A DNA stretch of 64,000 bases from an uncultured Bacteroidales bacterium (lineage in GTDB: Bacteria; Bacteroidota; Bacteroidia; Bacteroidales; FEN-979), in contig CAIYUC010000034.1 in the NCBI GenBank assembly GCA_903929315.1, positions 2,790-66,789 of the forward strand, given 5' to 3'. Both the position numbers and the translations under genes were made by a program. Of this stretch, positions 18,593-27,610 are shown in pieces. Below the pieces are notes generated by a model. The model saw only the letters and a list, made by a program, of their open reading frames with translations. It was not told where the DNA came from and made no database searches. The number at the start of each line of letters is the position of its first letter. The stretch's first letter is position 1.

Positions 18593-20638
18593 ATGAGAAC
18601 ATTTATTCCCGGGATCATTATGGTCTGGTTGCTATCCGCTTCCTTCATGTCCCCTGCCCAACCGGAAACAAAGGCAGGTTATGATTCCCGAATGCAATGG
18701 TGGTGTGATGCACGCTTCGGCATGTTCATCCATTGGGGGCTTTATGCGGTTCCTGCCGGTGAATGGGAAGGAAAAACAAATTATGGTGAATGGATCCGTA
18801 CTTCTGCCCAGATTCCTCTCGACACCTATTCCAGGTTCGCGGAGCAATTCAACCCGGTGAAATTCAATGCTTCAGAATGGGTGAAAATGGCAAAGGAAGC
18901 AGGTATGAAATACATTGTCATCACCTCAAAGCACCATGACGGTTTTTGCATGTTCAATACAAAGCAAACAGACTTCAACATCATGTCCACCCCCTTTCAC
19001 TGGGATCCGATGAAGGACCTTGCCGATGCCTGCCGTAAAGAAGGCCTGAAACTCTGTTTTTATTATTCCATCATGGACTGGCATCACCCGGATTGGCTTC
19101 CCAGGCTTGGTTGGGAAAAAGACAGGCCGGTAAATAATGCTGATTTTTCCCAGTACTTGTCATACATGAAAGCCGAATTGAAAGAGCTTCTTACAAACTA
19201 CGGTGATATAGGGGTACTTTGGTTTGACGGGAATTGGGAGAATACCTGGGATGAAAGATTTGGAAAAGAGATCTATGACTATTGCCGCAGCATTCAACCT
19301 GACATCATCATCAATAACCGGGTGCATGCAGGAAAACTGGATTTGGAAGGCGAAGGAAAACAGCGCCTGTTGAATGGCGATTTCGGCACCCCGGAACAGG
19401 AAATTCCTGCCACAGGTTTACCCGGCATCAACTGGGAAACCTGCATGACAATGAACGATCATTGGGGCTACAACAAGAATGATCACAATTTCAAATCAAC
19501 CAAGGAGATCATCCGGATGTTATCGGACATTGCTTCTAAAGGCGGCAATTATCTGTTGAATGTCGGTCCTACCGCAGAAGGTTTGTTTCCTCAGGAGAGC
19601 ATTGACCGGCTTCATGACATCGGGAAATGGATGAATGTAAATGGAGAAGCCATCTATGAAACGCAGCCTGGTCCGTTCAAATCGCTTGATTGGGGACGAT
19701 GCACACAAAAAGGGGTACCCGGCCGGACACGTTTATACCTTCACGTCTTTAATTGGCCTTCCAATGGTCTTTTACAAATACCAGGATGTTTGAATGCGCC
19801 TATTCAGGCATGGTTATTGGCAGATCCCCAAAAGACCAAACTACCGGTCAGTCGCTATGAGGATGCGCTGATGATCAGGGTTCCATATATCGCACCTGAC
19901 ACGATTTGCACTATTATTGTTCTTGACCTGAAAGGGAAACCTGATATTATTGAACCTCCTTTGATCAATGCCGGTTTCGGGATCTTTGTTCATTCTTTAC
20001 CGGTACAGCTCATCTCAGACCGCGACAGTGCAGCTATCTACTATACCATGGATGGAAGCTCTCCAACCGTGAACTCGCTGCTATATAAAAATCCTTTCAC
20101 AATTACAAAATCTGTTACCATAACTGCACGTTGTTTCAGGAATACCAAGCCAGTAAGCGGGACCAGCATAAAGGAATTCAGAAAAGAAACCTCCTGGAGT
20201 TCTTCAATACCTGAAGTAGTGCTTCCGGGAATCGGGTACTCTTATTTTGAAGGAACCTGGGATAGTTTACCTGACTTTAAAACACTTGTGCCAATTAAAG
20301 ACGGCACATTAGTGATGATTTGCTTTGACCCGCGCCGACAAGATGAATACTTTGCATTTGACTATACCGGTTACCTATTGATCCCTTACGAAGATGTATA
20401 TTCTTTTTACACGGATTCTGATGATGGCAGCCGTCTTTACATCGATGGAAACCTAATCGTGGATAATGACGGTCTTCATAGCTTGTTGGAGAAAGAAGGA
20501 ACTGTTCCGTTAGCTGAAGGATATCACCCTTTCAGGGTAAGCTATTTTAATAAAACCGGCGACTTTGACCTGAAAATTTCCATTCGAAGTCCTCTGATGA
20601 AAAAGGAAATGATACCTGGTGGAATGTTATTCCATTAA
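18593..20638 (+). CDS. alpha-L-fucosidase (GH29) with C-terminal chitobiase-C-like and PA14-like modules
   Basis: The GH29 core shows RFGMFIHWGLY, ITSKHHDGFCMF and DWHHPDW. C-terminal segments are IYYTMDGSSPT and GYLLIPYEDVYSFYTDSDDGSRLYIDG (PA14-like). Confidence 0.88.
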   Translation: MRTFIPGIIMVWLLSASFMSPAQPETKAGYDSRMQWWCDARFGMFIHWGLYAVPAGEWEGKTNYGEWIRTSAQIPLDTYSRFAEQFNPVKFNASEWVKMAKEAGMKYIVITSKHHDGFCMFNTKQTDFNIMSTPFHWDPMKDLADACRKEGLKLCFYYSIMDWHHPDWLPRLGWEKDRPVNNADFSQYLSYMKAELKELLTNYGDIGVLWFDGNWENTWDERFGKEIYDYCRSIQPDIIINNRVHAGKLDLEGEGKQRLLNGDFGTPEQEIPATGLPGINWETCMTMNDHWGYNKNDHNFKSTKEIIRMLSDIASKGGNYLLNVGPTAEGLFPQESIDRLHDIGKWMNVNGEAIYETQPGPFKSLDWGRCTQKGVPGRTRLYLHVFNWPSNGLLQIPGCLNAPIQAWLLADPQKTKLPVSRYEDALMIRVPYIAPDTICTIIVLDLKGKPDIIEPPLINAGFGIFVHSLPVQLISDRDSAAIYYTMDGSSPTVNSLLYKNPFTITKSVTITARCFRNTKPVSGTSIKEFRKETSWSSSIPEVVLPGIGYSYFEGTWDSLPDFKTLVPIKDGTLVMICFDPRRQDEYFAFDYTGYLLIPYEDVYSFYTDSDDGSRLYIDGNLIVDNDGLHSLLEKEGTVPLAEGYHPFRVSYFNKTGDFDLKISIRSPLMKKEMIPGGMLFH

Positions 20639-20647
20639 TCACTAGCG

Positions 20648-20689
20648 TGGTGATTGGTGACTGGTGATTGGTGAATAGTGACTGGTAAG
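20648..20689. repeat. 6 x 7-nt degenerate array TGGTGAT
   Basis: tggtgat tggtgac tggtgat tggtgaa tagtgac tggtaag. It begins 10 nt after the fucosidase stop and is followed by gaataac words at 20697..20720. Confidence 0.9.
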
Positions 20690-20754
20690 TATAAACAATG
20701 AATAACTACGAATAACCACATTTATATTATTTTTAATGCCGAAAAACAGATAGT

Positions 20755-21366
20755 GTGAATCTTTTCAACAAGAGTATAAAACAAATATTATTATTCTTCC
20801 TAATTTTATTCGTAACCGCATCTTGTGGCGTTGTCCGTCAAGGAAAGCAAATGGCAGCATTAGCGAAATGTGAGTTCCGGATTGAGTCAGTGACCAATTT
20901 GAATCTGGCAGGTATCAGCGTCCAGGATATTAAAAGCATATCAGACCTGACTATTATGGATGCCCAACAACTGATCAGAAGTTTAAGCAGTAACACCTTT
21001 CCGCTGAATCTCACTCTTACTATTGAAGCCCGGAATCCCAATAGTTCAATGGCAGGAATGAACAAGATGGAGTGGATTCTTTTTATCGATGATATTCAGA
21101 TGACAAGCGGCAGTGTGGATCAACCGGTGTCGATCCCCGGGAATAACGGTACCGCTATCATTCCTGTGCAAATGGATCTTGATCTCAAACAAATCCTTCA
21201 GGGGAAATCCGTTGATGCGATCATTAATTTCGGGTTGAATCTGGCGGGGAAAGGGAATACACCCACAAGGTTCACAATTAAATTGAAACCCACAATTATG
21301 ATCGGGAAGAATGCGGTCGTTTACCCTGGTTATATTACCGTTAAAACTGAATTCGTTTCACAATAA
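20755..21366 (+). CDS. lipoprotein, LEA type 2 (LEA_2)-like
   Basis: 203 aa with lipobox LILFVTASCG and a beta-sandwich-like pattern NLTLTIEARNPN...WILFIDDIQM. GTG start. The family call is tentative. Confidence 0.45.
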   Translation: MNLFNKSIKQILLFFLILFVTASCGVVRQGKQMAALAKCEFRIESVTNLNLAGISVQDIKSISDLTIMDAQQLIRSLSSNTFPLNLTLTIEARNPNSSMAGMNKMEWILFIDDIQMTSGSVDQPVSIPGNNGTAIIPVQMDLDLKQILQGKSVDAIINFGLNLAGKGNTPTRFTIKLKPTIMIGKNAVVYPGYITVKTEFVSQ

Positions 21367-21378
21367 TGCGCCTCAGCA

Positions 21379-22314
21379 ATGGATCAGGTTCCTGTCATCG
21401 AAGTCAAAGCAGTTCATAAATCCTTCAAAACGGTTCATGCAGTCAAAGGTATCGACTTACGGATCTTTAAAGGACAATTCGTGGCTTTACTCGGTCCCAA
21501 TGGCGCCGGTAAGACTACTCTGGTGGAGATGATCGAGGGTATTCAAAAACCGGATCAGGGTGAGATCCATATCATGGGGAAGAAATGGAGGGGAAATGAA
21601 GATGAACTTCACCAGATCATCGGGATATCCCTCCAGGAAACGCGTTATATCGACAAGCTGACCGTTTGGGAAACCCTGAAACTTTTCAGCAGTTTCTTTA
21701 ATCTCGAAAAGGACCGTGTGAATGAAATTATTGATATCACGGGATTGGAGGAGAAGCGTAAATCATATATAGTCAATCTTTCCGGTGGACAGCGGCAACG
21801 GCTGGCCATGGGAATTTCATTACTTAACTCGCCGAAAATTTTACTTCTCGATGAACCGACCACAGGACTTGACCCGAACGCACGCCGCGAAATATGGTCG
21901 ATCCTGCTGAAGTTAAAACAACAATCCGAAACCTCCCTTATCCTTACGACTCATTATATGGAAGAGGCCGAACAGCTTTGCAACCATATCATCATTATAG
22001 ACCAGGGTGAGATCCTCAAGGAAGGCACACTGGAGCAATTACTGGATGAGAGCCAGGACAAGAAGATCGTCGAATTTACACTGGAAGAATCACAATTTTC
22101 AGCCGATCTTTTAATGACGCCTTCAGCCTTTCATATTCACTGGGATCCGGTAAATAAGAAAGGAAGCCTGGAGATCAATCAACTGGAGACTGATTTGCCT
22201 GAATTTTTTAAATTTCTGAATCAGCGGAATCTGCAGCTTAAAAATCTTGAATTCAGGAAAAGGACGCTGGATGACCTGTTTACACAATTAACCGGAAGAC
22301 ATTTGCATGAATAA
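21379..22314 (+). CDS. ABC transporter ATP-binding protein (ABC-2 type)
   Basis: Walker A GPNGAGKTT, signature LSGGQRQRL, Walker B LLLDEPTTGLD. Confidence 0.92.
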   Translation: MDQVPVIEVKAVHKSFKTVHAVKGIDLRIFKGQFVALLGPNGAGKTTLVEMIEGIQKPDQGEIHIMGKKWRGNEDELHQIIGISLQETRYIDKLTVWETLKLFSSFFNLEKDRVNEIIDITGLEEKRKSYIVNLSGGQRQRLAMGISLLNSPKILLLDEPTTGLDPNARREIWSILLKLKQQSETSLILTTHYMEEAEQLCNHIIIIDQGEILKEGTLEQLLDESQDKKIVEFTLEESQFSADLLMTPSAFHIHWDPVNKKGSLEINQLETDLPEFFKFLNQRNLQLKNLEFRKRTLDDLFTQLTGRHLHE

Positions 22315-23452
22315 GTTCATTCGACAAAACCAGCTATATCAGTTGATCCTGGCCCGTGTAAAAGAGACCATCCGGGAACCGGGGGTTATTTTCTGGGGTA
22401 TGATCTTTCCCATGCTTATGTCGCTGGGTCTGGGCATTGCCTTTATGAATAAAACGGACATTTTTCGTAAAGTTGCAGTAATCACGGATAATGGGGTAAG
22501 AACTTCAAACCCCGATACAAACCTGACACTGGAAAGCTTTTTCAGCAAGAAAGCAGCACAAGTCGGATTAACAGGTGATGGATTTACTTCTTTCAGATAC
22601 ACCATAAAAGATGACAAGCTCGGAAATTCCACTTTTCTTTTCCAGAAAATGAGTTGGGACAAGGCCATGGTGCTTCTGAAACGGGGGAGTCTGAGTATCA
22701 TCCTGAATGAAAAAAACGGGCGGATAGAATATCACTTCGATCCGATGAATCCGGATGCACAACTGACGTATCTCAAGCTTTCCAGGATATTTGGCGGGAA
22801 TGGGGTTCCGGTCGGGGAGAATCATGAGAACATCCAGCCACTGACAGTCAGCGGGACACGTTATATTGATTTTCTGATCCCGGGGCTTATTGCAATGGGA
22901 GTGATGATGTCGACCATGTGGGGAATCAGTTACGATATCATTGAGAAAAGGTCTAAAAAGCTATTACGGCGGATGGTTGCAACGCCGATGAAAAAATCGC
23001 ATTTCCTCATCGCCCTGATGACCGTACGCCTCGTGATGAATTTCGTAGAGGGCGCGTTGCTGTTTATCTTTGCCAGCCTTGTGTTTGGCATCACCATCCA
23101 GGGTAACCTGGCGGCGTTGTTTATGTTATTTATAGCGGGAAATATGGTTTTCGCGGGGATGGCGATCTTCATCTCCTCCCATACCTCAAATACGGAAGTA
23201 GGGAACGGGTTCATCAATGCCGTCGTGATGCCGATGATGGTACTTTCCGGTATTTTTTTCAGCTATCATAATTTCCCGGATTGGTCCTTATACTTCATTA
23301 AGCCACTTCCACTAACCATGCTGGCTGACGGCCTGCGAAGCATCTTCATTGAAGGTGCAGGGTTTGCAGAAATTACCATTCCTTCCCTGATCCTGGCAGC
23401 AACGGGCATTTTGTTCTTTGCAACGGGACTCCGTATTTTTAAATGGCACTAA
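22307..23452 (+). CDS. ABC-2 type transporter permease
   Basis: 381 aa with one N-terminal TM helix, a large loop and then five or six TM helices. It overlaps the ATPase gene by 8 nt. Confidence 0.85.
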   Translation: MNKFIRQNQLYQLILARVKETIREPGVIFWGMIFPMLMSLGLGIAFMNKTDIFRKVAVITDNGVRTSNPDTNLTLESFFSKKAAQVGLTGDGFTSFRYTIKDDKLGNSTFLFQKMSWDKAMVLLKRGSLSIILNEKNGRIEYHFDPMNPDAQLTYLKLSRIFGGNGVPVGENHENIQPLTVSGTRYIDFLIPGLIAMGVMMSTMWGISYDIIEKRSKKLLRRMVATPMKKSHFLIALMTVRLVMNFVEGALLFIFASLVFGITIQGNLAALFMLFIAGNMVFAGMAIFISSHTSNTEVGNGFINAVVMPMMVLSGIFFSYHNFPDWSLYFIKPLPLTMLADGLRSIFIEGAGFAEITIPSLILAATGILFFATGLRIFKWH

Positions 23453-23464
23453 TGCAAAAGGGAA

Positions 23465-23499
23465 GGCAATAGGCAATAGGCAGTAGGCAATAGGCACTA
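23465..23499. repeat. 5 x 7-nt degenerate array GGCAATA
   Basis: The units read ggcaata ggcaata ggcagta ggcaata ggcacta. Confidence 0.9.
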
Positions 23500-23584
23500 T
23501 TTGCTGGTTAATTTGAATATCGAATATTGATCAACGAATTTTGAAGTAAGAAGTGAAGTGGGAAATTTGAAGTAAGGGTTGGGC

Positions 23585-23612
23585 TTGTGCGCGTTTCCAA
23601 ACGCGTGCATGG
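23585..23612. repeat. GC-rich REP-like hairpin, copy b
   Basis: The sequence is ttgtgcgcgtttccaaacgcgtgcatgg. Confidence 0.8.
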
Positions 23613-23643
23613 TGTAATTTTAGATTTACAACTTAAATCCCAG

Positions 23644-23671
23644 TTCGCGCGCGTTTGTAACGCGTGCATGG
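23644..23671. repeat. GC-rich REP-like hairpin, copy c
   Basis: The sequence is ttcgcgcgcgtttgtaacgcgtgcatgg. Confidence 0.8.
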
Positions 23672-23704
23672 TCTGAACCATAAAGTTTTTTATCTTTGGT
23701 ATGA

Positions 23705-23881
23705 AAAGTATCAATTTGGAAGAACTGGATCGATATAAAGTGGAAACAGATGTCTGGTATGAGAGACAGGTTAATCCATGACTATTTTGGTGTTGATTAT
23801 TTTATAGTATGGGATGTTGTAAGAAATAAAATTCCGGGGCTGAAAAAATCGATTGAATTCATCATAAATAGCCCGCAATAG
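23705..23881 (+). pseudogene. truncated HepT (DUF86) toxin remnant, C-terminal ~58 codons only
   Basis: My own translation of the frame 23705..23881 gives ...IKWKQMSGMRDRLIHDYFGVDYFIVWDVVRNKIPGLKKSIEFIINSPQ*. It contains the HepT catalytic Rx4HxY motif (RDRLIHDY) and the family tail iVW..v...iP.Lk..ie. There is an in-frame stop at 23702, the N-terminal two thirds are missing and there is no MntA partner. REP-like hairpins lie just upstream. Confidence 0.5.
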
Positions 23882-23989
23882 GCTTCATACCGCATTCTTC
23901 AGGCTTCCATTTCATAATTCAAATTTCGTTACTATAACTCACAGATAGAAGTGAGGAATGAAATCCGGGTTGAGACCTTCAGGACCTTA

Positions 23990-24029
23990 ATTCCTGCATT
24001 CCTGCATTCCTGCATTACTACATTACTGC
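23990..24029. repeat. 5 x 8-nt array ATTCCTGC / ATTACTGC
   Basis: attcctgc x3, then attactac and attactgc. It is the reverse complement of the GCAGTAAT arrays flanking P1. Confidence 0.9.
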
Positions 24030-24072
24030 ATTAATAATAATTGAATTGTGTTCAATTCACAATAATTTTCCC

Positions 24073-24080
24073 TAAATTTG
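24073..24080 (+). promoter_or_regulatory. candidate Bacteroidota sigma-A -7 box (TAnnTTTG) for P2
   Basis: TAAATTTG ends 21 nt upstream of the ATG at 24102. Confidence 0.4.
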
Positions 24081-24101
24081 TTAGGTTAATAATTATGGGT
24101 A

Positions 24102-27100
24102 ATGAAGAAACGATTTACCCGGTTTTTAATTTTTGCCTTCCTGATCTTACCACTATTTGGTTTTTCCCAGGGCGAGAACAACATCTGGTATTTCGGGCAT
24201 CGGGCAGGTCTTGATTTCAATTCAGGATCTCCTGTGGTTCTTACTAATGCTGCGAGTACCTTTTTATGCTGGGGATATTCTTCAGCTATTTCTGATTCAG
24301 CAGGGAATCTGCTTTTTTACGTTGACGATTCATATGTTTATAACAAGAACCAACAGGCCATGCCCAATGGCTCCTTGTTTGGTACAGGCTCTAATTTGCA
24401 AGCAACTTTTATAGTCAAGAAGCTGGATGAGGATAGTGTCTATTATCTTTTTACGATGGATATATGGCCATTTCCTACATATCCAGATCCACTTGGATTA
24501 CTCTATACCATTGTTGATATGAGGCTTGATGGAGGACTTGGAGACATCCCTTCGGGACAAAAAGGTATAGTAATGCCCGGAGCGGAAAATACAGTTGAAA
24601 TGCTTACAGGGACAAGGGCAAAGAATAACCGGGACGTATGGATTGTTGCAAGGAAGTACCAAAACAGCACCGAATACCTGAGTTATCATATCACAAATGC
24701 AGGAATTGACATGAATCCTGTTGTAAGTAACAGCCTTGTTACCCTTCTTTGGCCCACTTTTTCTAATTATCCGGAAATGTTAAGGTTCTCACCAGATGGA
24801 ACCAGGCTTGTGGCAACATATGATACTATTCATGAAATGTGCAATTTCAATCCATCCACAGGGGAAATCACACCAATGTTTTGTTTCAAGACTGGTAATG
24901 GTTATTCGACAAGTTTTAGCTATCCTGAATTCTCTGTTGATAACAGGTATTTATATATCGATGTTGATAATCAGTCTTTACCATATACAGACAGAATATT
25001 CCAATATAATGTATCAAAGACAGATTCAGCCCAATTCAAGCAAAGTGAAATTTTGATCAATGCCCATGATTACCGATGTTCAATACAAAGAGGCCCGGAC
25101 AATAAAATCTATTGTGGGCATACATGGGTGGACTCACTGGATGTTATTAACAATCCGACAATACAAGGACTTGGCTGTAACTATCATCGGGATGCTATTT
25201 GGCTGGAGGGAAATTCTGCGAGGAATGGGTTAGTCCAACAGTTACAGCGGTATTTCGTCTATTTTCAGTATATAAATCATTGCCAGGGAGACTCCATTTT
25301 TTTTACTTCCACTATCTGGCCGCAAACAGACAGTATCCATTGGGACTTCGGTGATCCTGCTTCAGGACCGGCAAATTTTTCGTTCAATCCAAATCCTTCC
25401 CATACCTATTCTCTTCCGGGATCATATACAGTTACGCTTTTCGTAAGACATATCGATATGCGCACTGATACAGCCTGGCAGGTGGTCACTGTTCATCCAA
25501 CTTACCAACCTTTGCTTGGTCCCGATCAGTCCGTTTGCATAGGCAATTCGGTGACATTCGACGCGGGAGTATGCGCTGGATGCACCTATCAATGGATGGA
25601 TCTCACCACAGGATTACCGGTTGGTACCGGGCAAACATATACAACCGGCCTGGCCGGGAACTATGAGGTGGCTGTTACTAATACCTTCGGATGTATCGGA
25701 AGAGACACGGTTCAGCTTGTCACTAATCCGCAACCTGTTGTTACCAATAATCCACTTTCAAAAACAATCTGTTCGGGAGAGTCAACCAATATTGCATTAA
25801 CCTCGAACGAACCGGGTACAAATTTCCATTGGACCGCAGGATTAACTTCCGGAAATATTAGCGGTTTTAGCGCTGATTCGGGACTGGTCATTAATCAGAT
25901 CCTTACCAATAACGGATCATCTGCGGGTATTGTCACCTATCACATAGTACCAAAAGTCGGAGGCTGTTCGGGACCTCCGGTTGTTTTTCCGGTAACCGTA
26001 AATCCCGGGGATTCAGTGAAAGTCTTAATTTCCGCCTCGACGAACAATGTCTGTAGTGGAACGTCCGTGACGTTCCAGGCATTTCCCACAAATGGCGGTT
26101 CATCGCCATCATACCAATGGAAAGTGAACGGGATCAACATTGGAGCCAGTAATCCAATTTATACCTATGTTCCTTTAAATGGCGATATTGTTTCATGTGT
26201 GCTTACATCATCCAATTCTACCTGTATATCCAACAATCCGGCTTCGAGCAATCAGGTAATTATGGTAATTATTAGTAATTCGGTTGTCGGGGTTGGGATA
26301 GCTGCTTCCCAAAATCCTGTTTGTGCTGGTATTCCTGTTAATTTCACGGCGACACCAACAAATGGCGGAACTTCACCCTCCTATCAATGGAAAGTAAATG
26401 GAATAAATGTTGGTATCAGTATACCGTCTTATTCGTACACTCCAAATAATGGTGATATTGTAATTTGTATTCTTAGCTCAAGTGAAACCTGCACATCTAA
26501 TAATCCGGCTGCGAGCAATCAGTTATTCATGGTTATTCATAGTAATTCGGTTGTGGATTTATCGATTACAGCATCTGCAAATCCGGTTTGTTCCGGCATT
26601 GTGGTGACATATACAGCCACTGCGGTCAATGGAGGGAATTCACCTGTATATCAATGGAAGGTCAATGGTGTCAATGTCGGGACAAATTCATCCACGTACA
26701 TGTACAATCCGGTATCCGGTGACCAGATCGTATGCATCCTCACGTCAAACATTGTCTGTCCAATAGGAAACCCGGCAACATCCAATATCATCACAATGAA
26801 TGTTGCAACTTCCCCGATTGTCACATTCACCCTCTGCAACGATTCCATCACCAATACCAGCGCGCAGCCATTTAAGCTCAAAGGTGGAATCCCACTTGGC
26901 GGAACGTATTCCGGTGTAGGTGTTACCAACGGAATTTATTATCCCGCGATCGCCGGTGTTGGAACTCACCAGATAAATTACACTTATACCAATGCTGCAT
27001 TATGTATAGTCACCAATCACCGGTCACTGATTACCATTAATCCTGCTCTCTTCATATGCGGAAATTCATTTACTGACATACGGGACGGTAAAACCTATCA

Positions 27101-27608
27101 AACTGTTCACATTGGCAGCCAGTGCTGGTTAGCGGAAGATTTAAATTATGGAATAGAAATCCTTCCGGATGTACATCAGCGAGATAACTGCATTCCCGAA
27201 AAATACCACAATCCAGCATCCAGCATCCAGCATCCAGCATCGGTTTACCAATGGGATGAACTCATGCAATACGATGAAATCATCTCCAACCAGGGGCTTT
27301 GCCCGCCAGGATGGCACGTTCCTACAGAAGCCGATTGGAATACATTGTTTGCGAATTACATCAGCAATGCATTTGCCGCCAGTCCGCTGAAGTATTCTGG
27401 ATTTTCAGGCTTCAATGCTCTTCTGTCCGGCGGCCGTCATCTTAATAAAGCTTGGGATTTTCAGGGTTTTGCAACATTCTTCTGGTCGTCAACTGCGCAT
27501 GGTTCAACGAAGGCGTGGGCACATGGGATGAATGATGCTGATCCTAGCGTGTCAGCGTATCCTTCTTTAAGAAGTAATGCATTTTCTGTCCGTTGCTTGA
27601 GAGATTAG
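24102..27608 (+). CDS. paralog P2: large secreted adhesin-like protein with the same architecture as P1 and a C-terminal FISUMP/TIGR02145 domain
   Basis: 1168 aa with signal peptide FTRFLIFAFLILPLFGFSQG, PKD motif WDFGDP...SHTYSLPGSYTV and three tandem Ig-like modules with SPSYQWKVNG/SPVYQWKVNG. The C-terminus has CWLAEDL, CPPGWHVPTEADWNTL, GFNALLSG, FFWSST and FSVRCL. Confidence 0.85.
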   Translation: MKKRFTRFLIFAFLILPLFGFSQGENNIWYFGHRAGLDFNSGSPVVLTNAASTFLCWGYSSAISDSAGNLLFYVDDSYVYNKNQQAMPNGSLFGTGSNLQATFIVKKLDEDSVYYLFTMDIWPFPTYPDPLGLLYTIVDMRLDGGLGDIPSGQKGIVMPGAENTVEMLTGTRAKNNRDVWIVARKYQNSTEYLSYHITNAGIDMNPVVSNSLVTLLWPTFSNYPEMLRFSPDGTRLVATYDTIHEMCNFNPSTGEITPMFCFKTGNGYSTSFSYPEFSVDNRYLYIDVDNQSLPYTDRIFQYNVSKTDSAQFKQSEILINAHDYRCSIQRGPDNKIYCGHTWVDSLDVINNPTIQGLGCNYHRDAIWLEGNSARNGLVQQLQRYFVYFQYINHCQGDSIFFTSTIWPQTDSIHWDFGDPASGPANFSFNPNPSHTYSLPGSYTVTLFVRHIDMRTDTAWQVVTVHPTYQPLLGPDQSVCIGNSVTFDAGVCAGCTYQWMDLTTGLPVGTGQTYTTGLAGNYEVAVTNTFGCIGRDTVQLVTNPQPVVTNNPLSKTICSGESTNIALTSNEPGTNFHWTAGLTSGNISGFSADSGLVINQILTNNGSSAGIVTYHIVPKVGGCSGPPVVFPVTVNPGDSVKVLISASTNNVCSGTSVTFQAFPTNGGSSPSYQWKVNGINIGASNPIYTYVPLNGDIVSCVLTSSNSTCISNNPASSNQVIMVIISNSVVGVGIAASQNPVCAGIPVNFTATPTNGGTSPSYQWKVNGINVGISIPSYSYTPNNGDIVICILSSSETCTSNNPAASNQLFMVIHSNSVVDLSITASANPVCSGIVVTYTATAVNGGNSPVYQWKVNGVNVGTNSSTYMYNPVSGDQIVCILTSNIVCPIGNPATSNIITMNVATSPIVTFTLCNDSITNTSAQPFKLKGGIPLGGTYSGVGVTNGIYYPAIAGVGTHQINYTYTNAALCIVTNHRSLITINPALFICGNSFTDIRDGKTYQTVHIGSQCWLAEDLNYGIEILPDVHQRDNCIPEKYHNPASSIQHPASVYQWDELMQYDEIISNQGLCPPGWHVPTEADWNTLFANYISNAFAASPLKYSGFSGFNALLSGGRHLNKAWDFQGFATFFWSSTAHGSTKAWAHGMNDADPSVSAYPSLRSNAFSVRCLRD
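26007..26807 (+). repeat. three tandem ~267-bp coding repeats (Ig-like modules) in P2
   Basis: The module pattern is the same as in P1, and SP(S/V)YQWKVNG recurs three times. Confidence 0.85.
27009..27036. repeat. heptamer-periodic segment inside the P2 CDS
   Basis: gtcacca atcaccg gtcactg attacca, encoding VTNHRSLIT. It is homologous to P1 7116..7143. Confidence 0.7.
27213..27240 (+). repeat. perfect (CCAGCAT)x4 heptanucleotide tract inside the P2 CDS
   Basis: The sequence ccagcat ccagcat ccagcat ccagcat is read directly. It encodes part of HNPASSIQHPASV in the FISUMP domain. Confidence 0.97.
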
Positions 27609-27610
27609 AA

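Noticed and set aside
23508-23714. 68-aa minus-strand ORF in the spacer upstream of P2.
   Set aside because: It reads straight through the two REP-like hairpins and the word arrays. It has no plausible start context or motif and is probably not coding.
27050-27608. Is there a diversity-generating retroelement targeting the C-terminal lectin-like (FISUMP) domain of P1/P2?
   Set aside because: There is no reverse transcriptase gene in the window and no non-coding template repeat matching the C-terminal region. The P1/P2 differences there are not restricted to adenine positions. An RT elsewhere in the genome cannot be excluded.
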